Shown: piece by piece, positions 8,276 to 16,871 of the stretch | Layout: every line of letters begins with the position of its first letter | Numbering within the stretch: the stretch's first letter is position 1 | Origin: Candidatus Methylomirabilota bacterium | Lineage (GTDB): Bacteria; Methylomirabilota; Methylomirabilia; Rokubacteriales; CSP1-6 | NCBI GenBank assembly: GCA_035281625.1 | Contig: DATEDO010000028.1 | Coordinates: 11,570-75,569, forward strand | DNA: 64,000 nucleotides | Direction: 5' to 3' | Position numbers and translations under genes: made by a program | Notes under the pieces: generated by a model | Database searches by the model: none | Told to the model about the DNA's origin: nothing | Seen by the model: only the letters and a program-made list of their open reading frames with translations

Positions 8276-9514
8276 GTGCCGATCAATCAGATCAAGGGAC
8301 CGAGAGGGCTGGGGGGGCTGACGCGCCCGAAAATCGCCGACTCCATGAGACCAGGCATCGACAAGGCGACACCCCGCGAGATCGATGAGGCGGTGCGGGG
8401 CAACCGCGGTGACGCGCTGATCATCGCGGGCGTCAACTACCCGATGCCAAGGCAGCGGAGTGTGCAGGTGCCGGCGCAGCACCCCACGTACTTCAATCGG
8501 GCGAAGAATTACGCGCGCTGGGCGTTCGCCAACAGCGCCACCACTCGAATCGATCGGGTCGTGTTCTTCGACTTCCTGTCCGGAAAGATCATGATCTTCC
8601 GGCGCGCGCCGCAGAGCGGCTCGATATGGCTTCGCCTTGACCCCTTGGTGCTGACGAATTACCGCTACGACGTTCACGGAACCCTGACGTTGAAGCCGGG
8701 TCCGCCCGGCGTCCCGAGCGATCAGCAGCACCAGCGCTATTACCACGGCCTCCACGAACTCGCCCGCCATCGGACGGGCAGCCCCGACGCGGACGTCCCG
8801 ACAAAGGAGTATAAGGCACTCATCGGGGGCAGCGTGCACGAGAACAGCCTCTCAATCTTGGATGTCTACTGGGCGATCTCGAAGTCGGTGGCGGGGATGA
8901 TCCGTGAAGTGCACTTCGTGGGTCATGCGTGGAAGGACGGCCCCATCATCGTGAACACCCTCCTCGCCCCATGGAAGCGGCACGACAAGGACGGCCGCGC
9001 CAGCGACTTCAATCCGCATCCGGACCTGCGCCACATCTTCGGCCCGCGTTACGTGGCGCAGTTCCCGGCCGGCTTCACCCTCGGCGCCACGCTCACGATC
9101 TGGGGCGGCAACCGGGACGCCGAGGACGCCAAGGACGACGAGGCCGCGAGCCTGATCGTCGCGGCCCAGGGCAAGGCGAAGGCGGGCAAGCCCGTTGCGG
9201 CGGAGGTGGCGCAGCTGAAGAAACTCATCGGCAAGACGTACGCCGCCCGCCTCGCCAAGGCGTGCCGGCGGACGGTGTACGCGGCGCTGCCCGGCACGTA
9301 TGCGGTGCCCGATGAGGACAAGAAGGACGACCCGAGCCCCTACTCGTTCGTGCCGACCGTGATGCATGTCAACCTGACCAAGTGTGGACACATGCTGGAG
9401 TTCTACCGGAAGCACCTCGGCATCACGTTCCCGACGACCGGCGCCTTCAAGGGGCATCCGACCTTCGGACGCGGCTATGCGAGTTATCCGCCCCCCTACA
9501 CTGCCGCGCCGTGA
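8276..9514 (+). CDS. Hypothetical protein (412 aa), operonic with 5347-8259
   Basis: In-frame GTG 8276 lies 8 nt after GGGAGG and 16 nt after the upstream stop. Track ORF 7979-9514 was trimmed because its 5' part overlaps the upstream gene. No family recognised. Confidence 0.7.
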   Translation: MPINQIKGPRGLGGLTRPKIADSMRPGIDKATPREIDEAVRGNRGDALIIAGVNYPMPRQRSVQVPAQHPTYFNRAKNYARWAFANSATTRIDRVVFFDFLSGKIMIFRRAPQSGSIWLRLDPLVLTNYRYDVHGTLTLKPGPPGVPSDQQHQRYYHGLHELARHRTGSPDADVPTKEYKALIGGSVHENSLSILDVYWAISKSVAGMIREVHFVGHAWKDGPIIVNTLLAPWKRHDKDGRASDFNPHPDLRHIFGPRYVAQFPAGFTLGATLTIWGGNRDAEDAKDDEAASLIVAAQGKAKAGKPVAAEVAQLKKLIGKTYAARLAKACRRTVYAALPGTYAVPDEDKKDDPSPYSFVPTVMHVNLTKCGHMLEFYRKHLGITFPTTGAFKGHPTFGRGYASYPPPYTAAP

Positions 9515-9602
9515 GCTTGCGGCCGCCCCCGGAGCTGGACATGACGTGTTGCCGGGGCCAGGAGGACCGGAGTGGCGACGTTCTGACGGATTCCCTACAG
9601 CG

Positions 9603-10862
9603 TCAGAGCAGCTCGTTCAGCGCATAGAAGAAGTGGTCCGTGAGCTTGTGCGACAGGGCGCGCTTGCGCCAGCGCTCGAGCTGGATCTCGGTCGCCCGCG
9701 CGACGTACTTCTCGAAGATCGCGTCGAACCGGCGCGCGAGCGCCTCGTCCAGGATGGAGAGGGTGAGCTCGTCGTTCGTCTCGAAGGAGCGGTCGTCGAA
9801 GTTGCTCGAGCCGATGGCGCTCCAGACCCCGTCGACGGTCATGACCTTCTGGTGCAGCAGGGTGTGCGGGTATTCGAACAGGCGCACGCCGCACCGCAGG
9901 AGCTTCTCGAAATTGCGGTGGCCGGCGTGCTGCACCATCGGGTTGTCCGAGCCGCTGGTCGACGGCATCAGCACGCGCACGTCCACCCCGCGAGCCACCG
10001 CCGCGCCGAAGGCGTCGATGGCGTCGGGCTCCGGGATGAAGTAGGGATTCTGGATCCAGATGCGCCGGCGCGCCAGGCAGATCGCGGTGTGGTGGAGGAT
10101 CTTCACCGCGGGCGCCGAGTTCTCGGGCTTGGCGAACACCGCGTGCATCATGAGGTCGCCCGCCGGCGCCAGGGCCGGGAAGACGTCGTCCCCCACGAAG
10201 AGCTCGCCCGTCTCGCCGGCCCAGTTCTCGCTGAAGGCGCTTTGCACGGTGTGCACGATCGGCCCGTGCAGGTGGAGGCTGACGTCGGCCACGTGCTTGC
10301 CGTCCTCGGCATTGCCCAGCCACTGGTCCACGATGCAGTGGCCGCCCACGAACGCCTCGCGCCCGTCGATGACCACGAGCTTGCGGTGGTCGCGATCGTT
10401 GAACACGCCGATGTTGCGAATCCGCCGCTCGTGAAAGAACACCACGCGGCAGCCCGCGTCGCGCATCTGCTGCACGACGCGCGCGCCGGCGGCGCGGGAG
10501 CCTTCGGCGTCCAGCAGGACCCGGACCCGCACGCGCGCCCGCGCGCGGTCGATGAGGGCATCGGCGACCCGGCGACCGAGGGCCCCTTCCTTCCAGAGGA
10601 ACGTCTCGAAGTGCACGGATTCGCGCGCGGCGCGGATGCGGGCGATCAGCGCATCGAAGAAGGCACCGTTCTCGAGCACCTCCGCCGAGTTGCCGGCGAC
10701 CGCCGTCCCGAGCGTGAGACCGGCGAGGGTGGGGACCAGCTGATCGATGCTCGCGTCGCACTCGATGTGCAGGTCCGGGTCCCGGTGCCGGCGGATCGAC
10801 CACACGACCAGGGCCAGCACGACGACGACGGCGAAGAGGACTCCGCCGAGAAACACTGCCAT
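9603..10862 (-). CDS. cls: Cardiolipin synthase (phospholipase D superfamily)
   Basis: N-terminal TM helix and two HKD motifs (HRKLVVIDG; HQKVMTVDG...GSSNFDDRS). Confidence 0.9.
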   Translation of the reverse strand: MAVFLGGVLFAVVVVLALVVWSIRRHRDPDLHIECDASIDQLVPTLAGLTLGTAVAGNSAEVLENGAFFDALIARIRAARESVHFETFLWKEGALGRRVADALIDRARARVRVRVLLDAEGSRAAGARVVQQMRDAGCRVVFFHERRIRNIGVFNDRDHRKLVVIDGREAFVGGHCIVDQWLGNAEDGKHVADVSLHLHGPIVHTVQSAFSENWAGETGELFVGDDVFPALAPAGDLMMHAVFAKPENSAPAVKILHHTAICLARRRIWIQNPYFIPEPDAIDAFGAAVARGVDVRVLMPSTSGSDNPMVQHAGHRNFEKLLRCGVRLFEYPHTLLHQKVMTVDGVWSAIGSSNFDDRSFETNDELTLSILDEALARRFDAIFEKYVARATEIQLERWRKRALSHKLTDHFFYALNELL

Positions 10863-10866
10863 CCGG

Positions 10867-11361
10867 TTATAGCGCCTTGCGGATGAGTCGACGCCCCAGC
10901 TCCGTGACCGCGCCGTAGACCAGATGCAGCAGGAGTTCCTGCGCCTCCTTGAGCGGCGGCTGCCGGGTTGGTGGCTGGGCGAGTCCGAGGGCGGGCACCA
11001 TGATCACGTGCGCGCCGAGCCAGACGGCGACGCCGAACGGCAATCCGAGCGCGAAGGTGACACGCGGCATGATCGTGGCCAGTCCGCCGTAAAGCGCGCC
11101 GACGCTCGCGCCGAAGGCATAGTGGACGATGCTGCCGGCGAGCGGCTTCTTGTCGTCCGGCAGGGGGCGTTGAAGGAGCAGGCGCGTGATGCCATCCGCG
11201 ACCTTCACCGTCGCGTCGTCTTCCTGCTCTAGCTCCGCGGCGGCCGTCGGGGGCCGACTCTCCGAAGTGATTGCCGTGAGGCCTTTGTGGACGAGGCTCA
11301 TCGCACCGGCGCCCACCGCACCGGCGACGAGGCCCGCGATGATGCCGCGCGGGATCGCCAT
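10867..11361 (-). CDS. Small integral membrane protein (possibly DUF1440/YagU-like)
   Basis: 164 aa with about 4 Gly/Ala-rich hydrophobic helices. Its stop is 4 nt upstream of the cls start. Confidence 0.55.
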   Translation of the reverse strand: MAIPRGIIAGLVAGAVGAGAMSLVHKGLTAITSESRPPTAAAELEQEDDATVKVADGITRLLLQRPLPDDKKPLAGSIVHYAFGASVGALYGGLATIMPRVTFALGLPFGVAVWLGAHVIMVPALGLAQPPTRQPPLKEAQELLLHLVYGAVTELGRRLIRKAL

Positions 11362-11529
11362 GTCAGGCGCCGCTCCGATTCGGGCACTCGAGAGCCAAGC
11401 GCTGCATCCGGGTACGATAGTCCATCCGGAGGTCGGATGGAACCGCGTGCCGCACGCTGTTGGGAACGAACCAGGTCCGGGCGCGGCCAGGACCGGCGCC
11501 TCGCCGGCCGGGCGGGGCGCCGCGGTCCG

Positions 11530-11973
11530 TCAAGATCTAGCGGGGCCGTGGTAGAGGACGACCGGCCGCACGGCCTTGCGGAACACCTGCTCGGCCACGC
11601 TGCCGAGCACGACCCGTCCCAGGCCGCTGCGGCCCGCCGTCGTCACCGCGATCAGGTCGGCGCCCCACTGCTCGGACTCCTGCAGGATCTCCTCCACGGG
11701 GTCGCCAAAGCGCACGGCGCGCTCGACCGGGACATTGGCGAGGCAAACCTCCACGCTGGCGAGATAGTCCCGGTGTTGGGCTTCCAGCCGCGCCATCTCC
11801 TGGTCGGCGTAGGCGATGAGGTAGCCGTCCTTGCCGTATTGGTTTTCGGGCATGGGCGCTACGTGGAGCAGCTTGACCTCGGCCCCGGCTCCACGCGCCA
11901 GCTCTCCGATGAGCGAAAGCACGGCCTCGGCCGTGGTCGATCCGTCGAGCGGAACGAGAATGCGCTTGGCCAT
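11530..11973 (-). CDS. Universal stress protein (UspA family)
   Basis: ILVPLDGS N-terminus and the C-terminal ATP-binding motif GRSGLGRVVLGSVAEQV. Confidence 0.85.
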   Translation of the reverse strand: MAKRILVPLDGSTTAEAVLSLIGELARGAGAEVKLLHVAPMPENQYGKDGYLIAYADQEMARLEAQHRDYLASVEVCLANVPVERAVRFGDPVEEILQESEQWGADLIAVTTAGRSGLGRVVLGSVAEQVFRKAVRPVVLYHGPARS

Positions 11974-12160
11974 ATGCCCTCCCCGGCTGACGTCTGACTC
12001 CTACACGTCATCCAGCAACTCGAATGCCAGGCGAAGGCGTTCGGGAACTCGTGGATCTTGCGAGAGCGTGTGCTCGAAGGCCCCGCCCCGGTGAGGCGGG
12101 CGATCCCCACGGTGTCGCGCCCGCTCCCCAGGTCGGCCGGGGAATCGGCGAGGGCGGCCG

Positions 12161-12646
12161 TCACCCGGGGCCGCCCCGTGCGAACGCGCCGACAATGGCT
12201 CCGTAGGCGAGATGCGCCAGGATGGTCACCGCCGGCGTCGCCCGGCCGTAGTTGAGCAGCAGGAAGCCGGGAGACTCGAGGAGCGGGGCAGAGCCGGCGG
12301 CGCTCATCGGCGTGCCCATTCTCGGGTGGACCAGCGGCAGGAGCACGTTGACGAGGGTCGTGCCCGCGAACAGGGCATGGACGAGGCCGAACGCGGCGCC
12401 GAGCGCCCAGCCCGAGCGGCCCAGCGCCAGGAAGGCCGCGTAGTAGGCGAGGGAGAAGAGCAGCCCGAAGACGAAGTGCAAGGCGTAGCCGGCGGCCCGC
12501 GCGCGCGATCGATTGTCGGTCCACGCGGTACCGAGCAGGAAGGGAAGGTCCATGCGAGTCAGGCGGAGGTAGCTTGCTCCCGCCAGCACGATGGTCAGGA
12601 CGAGGGTGCCCGTGAACCCCCCGGCCAGGGCGCTCCAGACGCTCAC
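12161..12646 (-). CDS. Hypothetical multi-pass membrane protein
   Basis: GTG start overlaps the GH15 stop (GTGA). 161 aa with 4-5 hydrophobic helices. Confidence 0.6.
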   Translation of the reverse strand: MSVWSALAGGFTGTLVLTIVLAGASYLRLTRMDLPFLLGTAWTDNRSRARAAGYALHFVFGLLFSLAYYAAFLALGRSGWALGAAFGLVHALFAGTTLVNVLLPLVHPRMGTPMSAAGSAPLLESPGFLLLNYGRATPAVTILAHLAYGAIVGAFARGGPG

Positions 12647-14430
12647 GGCTCGGCCATCGCCATCGCGGCGCTGATCAGGGCGAGGTGCACGAGCCCTTGC
12701 GGGAAGTTGCCCAGGAAGGCGTGCGTGTCCGGGGCGATTTCTTCCGCGTAGAGGCCGAGGTCGTTCGCGAGGCGGAGGAGCTCCTCGAACAGCGCCGCCG
12801 CCTCGTCGCGCCGGCCGATGATGGCCAGGGCCTCCGCGAGCCAGAAGGCGCAGCAGACGAACGCGCCTTCGCCGCCGGTGATGCCGTCGTCGCCCGCATA
12901 GCGGTACAGCAACGGGCCCGACGCCAGCTCCCGCCGGACCGCTTCCACCGTGCTCCGCAGCCGGGGGGATTCGGGCGGGTCATACCGCATGATCGCCATG
13001 AGCAGGAGGCTCGCGTCCAGGTCGTCGCTGCCGGCATACCAGACGTAGCTCTGCTTCGCCGCGGACCAGCAGTGGTCGTCGATGAAGCGGCGGATGGTGG
13101 CCGCCTCGCTGGTCCAGCGCTCGGCGTGCTGGCCCGGAAGCCATCCCTTCTGGACCATGCGCACCGCGCGGTCGAGCGCGACCCAGCACATGACCTTGGA
13201 CTGCGTATGATGGCGGGGCGCCGCCCGCACTTCCCAGATGCCGGAGTCGGGCTCCCGCCAGTGCCGGCACACGAAGTCTGCGAGGCTCGCGAGATCGTAT
13301 GCCGTGTCCCGGCCGAGCTGGTGCCCTGCTCGCGCGTACACGAAGGCCGCGTCGAGCAGCTCCCCGTACGTGTCGAGCTGAAGCTGCCCCGCCGCGCCAT
13401 TGCCGATCCGAACGGGGCGGGACCCGCGATAGCCATCGAGCGCCAGCGTCCGCTCGGCGGTGTCCGCCCCGCCGTCGAGGCGATACAAGACCTGGAGCCG
13501 CGGCAGGGTGAGCCGCGTCGCGTGCATGAACCACCAGAAGAACGCCCGAGCCTCGACCCATTTCCCCAGCTGGAGCAGGGCCTCGAGCGCGAACGACGAG
13601 TCGCGGATCCACGAATAGCGATAGTCCCAGTTCCGCTCGCCCCCGATCGCTTCCGGCAGCGACGTCGTGGGCGCCGCCGCCACCGCGCCGGAGGGCGCGA
13701 ACACGAGGAGCTTCAGCGCCAGCGCGCTCCGCACGACGGCGTCGCGCCACGGGCCGGTGTAGGTGAGGTCGGCCGCCCACCGTTGCCAGAAGTCGACGGT
13801 GGCGGTGAGACGCGCCTCCGCCTGGGCGCGGCCCGGGAAGACGAGCGGCTCGCCATGCGCGGTGACCATCGCGAGGGTGGCCCGGCCGCCTTCGCGGAGC
13901 TCGAACTCGGCCGACACGCCGGCCTCGTCGCAGCGCCCCCAGCCCGCGTCCCATGCGCAGACCGCCAGGGCGTCGCTTCCGCTCGTGGCCACGGGGTACG
14001 GGCGCCGGCATTCCAGGCGCATCGGCGCCGAGCCGTAGCCGAAGCGCGGCTCGACCCGCCAGGTCATGGCGACAGACCCGGCGAGGCCTTCCACGCGGCG
14101 GACCAGCTCGCGCGCCGGGCCGAGGGCGACACCGGGCAGCGTCAGAGCGTCGGTCACGCGGACCACGCCGGTCGGGGTGGAGAATGTCGTCTCCAGCACA
14201 TTGGTGTCCGGCAGGTAGCGCCGGCGCGCCTCGTGACGCTCTCGGGGACGGAGGGTGAACTGGCCACCCCGCTGGGCGTCGAGGATGCCGGCGAACACGC
14301 TCGGGGAGTCGAGGTCGGGCAGGCAGAGCCAGTCGATCGAGCCGTCCCGCGCGACCAAGGCGACGGTACGGCCGTCGCCGATCGCCGCGTAGTCGCGAAG
14401 CGGGGGGTACGCAGGGCTCCGGTCCCGCAT
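12643..14430 (-). CDS. Glycoside hydrolase family 15 (glucoamylase/trehalase-like)
   Basis: Track ORF 12643-15162 trimmed to ATG 14428-14430, which shares 1 nt with the upstream stop codon (TGATG). N-terminus is YAAIGDGRTVALVARDGSIDWLCLP. NWDYRYSWIRDS and CCAFW motifs are typical of GH15. Confidence 0.85.
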   Translation of the reverse strand: MRDRSPAYPPLRDYAAIGDGRTVALVARDGSIDWLCLPDLDSPSVFAGILDAQRGGQFTLRPRERHEARRRYLPDTNVLETTFSTPTGVVRVTDALTLPGVALGPARELVRRVEGLAGSVAMTWRVEPRFGYGSAPMRLECRRPYPVATSGSDALAVCAWDAGWGRCDEAGVSAEFELREGGRATLAMVTAHGEPLVFPGRAQAEARLTATVDFWQRWAADLTYTGPWRDAVVRSALALKLLVFAPSGAVAAAPTTSLPEAIGGERNWDYRYSWIRDSSFALEALLQLGKWVEARAFFWWFMHATRLTLPRLQVLYRLDGGADTAERTLALDGYRGSRPVRIGNGAAGQLQLDTYGELLDAAFVYARAGHQLGRDTAYDLASLADFVCRHWREPDSGIWEVRAAPRHHTQSKVMCWVALDRAVRMVQKGWLPGQHAERWTSEAATIRRFIDDHCWSAAKQSYVWYAGSDDLDASLLLMAIMRYDPPESPRLRSTVEAVRRELASGPLLYRYAGDDGITGGEGAFVCCAFWLAEALAIIGRRDEAAALFEELLRLANDLGLYAEEIAPDTHAFLGNFPQGLVHLALISAAMAMAEP

Positions 14431-15248
14431 CACCCCTCTTGGATGCGGTCCTTCGGAAACTGTCCCGGCCGGCGCCCCTCGCCCGGTGGGCCGGCAAACG
14501 CCTGGGCGACGCGCATCCAGTCCTGCGCCGCGGGCCCGGTGATCCGGAGATCCGTGTCGGCGACGTTGCGGCGTTGCGTGACGACGCGGCAGAAACCGCT
14601 CGCGCTGCCGGTGATGCGGTTCTCGGCGGTGGGGTCGCCGTAGGCCCACGTCGCCCCCGAGGGTGCGGTGAGCTCGACATAGACGGGCGTCGCGTCCGGG
14701 GTGAGGCCGCGAGCCACGTACGAGAACTCGCGCGTGCGCACGCCGAGGAATACGACGTGCCGCAGCCGGTCGGTATCGGGCCGAGGGATGCCCACGACGT
14801 CCACGACGTCCAGGCCGTGCGACCAGTGCTCCATCAGCCGCGCGGTGACGAACATCGCCGCGCCCATGTCGGGGCCGTACCACGGTAGGCGCGCTTTCGG
14901 ATCGAGCGGACGCGCGGCGGCGATGAGCTTCGCGGCGGCCTCGCGCCACCAGGCGCGCAGCGCGGCGGGCCGCATCGCGCGGCCGCGGTCGAGATACCGC
15001 CCTTCGTACGCCGCGCGGTCTACGGCCGCGCGCGCGGCGACGGCCTCCCTGCGAAAGCGCTCGGCATCGGTGATGGCGAGCGCCGCGGCCTCGTCGACGT
15101 GGGCCAGGTGCGTGACCTGATCGCGCACGAGCCATCCGGGGGAATGGCTCGGCAGATCCCACTGCGCGTCGGTCATGCGCGCGAGCACGCCGTCGAGCGC
15201 CGCGTGCTCGGCGGCGAGGTCGTCGAGAAGCTGCTCGTAAGGCGTCAT
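14430..15248 (-). CDS. DinB-fold, maleylpyruvate isomerase-family (TIGR03084-like) protein
   Basis: N-terminal DinB-like helix bundle with conserved His residues (QVTHLAHVDE, EHWSHGLD) and the C-terminal domain of that family. Confidence 0.75.
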   Translation of the reverse strand: MTPYEQLLDDLAAEHAALDGVLARMTDAQWDLPSHSPGWLVRDQVTHLAHVDEAAALAITDAERFRREAVAARAAVDRAAYEGRYLDRGRAMRPAALRAWWREAAAKLIAAARPLDPKARLPWYGPDMGAAMFVTARLMEHWSHGLDVVDVVGIPRPDTDRLRHVVFLGVRTREFSYVARGLTPDATPVYVELTAPSGATWAYGDPTAENRITGSASGFCRVVTQRRNVADTDLRITGPAAQDWMRVAQAFAGPPGEGRRPGQFPKDRIQEG

Positions 15249-15345
15249 CGGGCGAGACCCCTGGGTGTCAGTCTATAGGATGAGACTGGTTGTAGGCTCC
15301 CGTTGACGGCGGGCTTACCGTGGATGCGACGGAAGGAGGCCAGCG

Positions 15346-16359
15346 ATGCCCAGGATGAAGGTGGCGCAGATCCCCAAGGCCGGGGCGGACTTCGAGATCG
15401 TCGAGCGGGACGTTCCCGAGCCGGGGCCGGGGCAGGTCCGGATTCGGGTTCAGGCCTGCGGCGTCTGCCACAGCGACGTCTTCGTCAAGGACGGCGGGTT
15501 GCCGGGGCTCGTCTACCCGCGGGTACCGGGTCACGAGGTCGCCGGGGTCATCGACGCCGCCGGCCCCGGCGTGGCGCAGTGGCCGCAGGGCCAGCGCGTC
15601 GGTGTCGGCTGGCACGGCGGTCAGGACGGCACCTGCCTGGCGTGCCGGCGCGGCGACTTTGTGAACTGCGCGAGCTCGAGGATCACCGGGATCAGCCACG
15701 ACGGCGGCTACGCGGAGTACATGGTGGCGCCGGTCGAAGCGGTCGCGCGCATGCCGGAGTCGCTCGACCCGGCCGAGGCGGCGCCGCTGCTCTGCGCGGG
15801 GATCACGACGTTCAACGCCCTGCGACACAGCGGCGCGCGGCCGAGCGATCTCGTCGCCATCCAGGGGATCGGAGGCCTCGGCCATCTCGGGATACAGTTC
15901 GCGCACAAGATGGGCTTCCGGGTCGCCGCCATCGGGCGTGGGCCCCAGAACGCCGCGCTCGCCAAGAAGCTCGGCGCGAGCCTCTACATCGACAGCGTCG
16001 CGACCAACGCGGCGCAGGAGCTGAACAAGCTCGGCGGGGCCCGGGCCATCCTCGCCACGGCGCCGAGCGCGAAGGCGATGTCGGCGCTGATCGACGGCCT
16101 CGGAGCGAACGGTCGGATGATGGTCGTCGGCGCCTCGGCCGACCCGATCGAGGTGACGCCGCCGCAATTGATCTTCGGCAACAAGAGCCTCCAGGGCTGG
16201 GCGTCGGGGGTTCCGACCGACTCCGAGGACACGCTGCGGTTCGCGGAGCTGACGGGCGTGCGCCCGATGATCGAGCGGTATCCGCTGGAGAAGGCGGGCG
16301 AAGCCTACGCGCGGATGCTGAGTGGGAAAGCGGAATTCCGCGCCGTCCTGACGATGTAG
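15346..16359 (+). CDS. Zinc-dependent alcohol dehydrogenase
   Basis: GVCHSD zinc site, GHEVAGVI and the GIGGLGHLG Rossmann motif. Confidence 0.9.
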   Translation: MPRMKVAQIPKAGADFEIVERDVPEPGPGQVRIRVQACGVCHSDVFVKDGGLPGLVYPRVPGHEVAGVIDAAGPGVAQWPQGQRVGVGWHGGQDGTCLACRRGDFVNCASSRITGISHDGGYAEYMVAPVEAVARMPESLDPAEAAPLLCAGITTFNALRHSGARPSDLVAIQGIGGLGHLGIQFAHKMGFRVAAIGRGPQNAALAKKLGASLYIDSVATNAAQELNKLGGARAILATAPSAKAMSALIDGLGANGRMMVVGASADPIEVTPPQLIFGNKSLQGWASGVPTDSEDTLRFAELTGVRPMIERYPLEKAGEAYARMLSGKAEFRAVLTM

Positions 16360-16370
16360 GCGCCGACCGC

Positions 16371-16835
16371 ATGCGATGGCGGCTGATCGGCGTGGCGACG
16401 GTCATGCTGCTTGGGCTCTGGGCGAATGACGGATTGAATGCCCAGTCCACCTCCCCCCGCCCCGCGGTGCAGGCGCCACCCGAGACCGTCCGCGAGCTGG
16501 GTGCGCTGGTCGAGCAGGCGCGCGCCCGCTTCGTGGCGCGGGACACGAACGGGGTGCTGGGGTACGTGGCCGAGAACTACCGCAGCGCCGGCAACACCAA
16601 GCCGGCGCTGCGCGAGCAGCTGCTGGCGATCTACTCGCTCTACGACGCGGTGCAGGCGCGCGTCCAGGTCGATCAGGTGCACCTGGTCGATGGCGATGCG
16701 TGGATCTACACGACGGGTGAGGTCAATGGCCGCCTGCCCATCGTCGGCTGGGTCAGCGTGCTCTCGTGGCAGAAGGAGCCCGAGGTCGCCCGGCGGCAGG
16801 GTTCGACCTGGCGCCTGATCGGCTTCCAGGACTGA
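16371..16835 (+). CDS. Secreted NTF2/SnoaL-like (DUF4440-type) protein
   Basis: Track ORF 15303-16835 trimmed to ATG 16371. Signal peptide MRWRLIGVATVMLLGLWANDGLNA. About 130-aa mature domain with an NTF2-like pattern. Confidence 0.55.
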   Translation: MRWRLIGVATVMLLGLWANDGLNAQSTSPRPAVQAPPETVRELGALVEQARARFVARDTNGVLGYVAENYRSAGNTKPALREQLLAIYSLYDAVQARVQVDQVHLVDGDAWIYTTGEVNGRLPIVGWVSVLSWQKEPEVARRQGSTWRLIGFQD

Positions 16836-16871
16836 GGGCCGGCACCCCGGCGGCCGACTCCTCGGCGGCCC

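Noticed and set aside
9209-9235. LIGKT in the 412-aa protein as a Walker A motif
   Set aside because: The context QLKKLIGKT lacks the glycine at position -5 of GxxxxGK[ST], and no Walker B motif follows.
9603-10862. PLD-family gene as a possible nuclease or lipase effector of the adjacent unknown module
   Set aside because: It has the N-terminal TM helix, length and dual HKD layout of ordinary cardiolipin synthases. It is on the opposite strand and belongs to a different transcription unit, with the small membrane gene at 10867-11361. Adjacency alone is not evidence.
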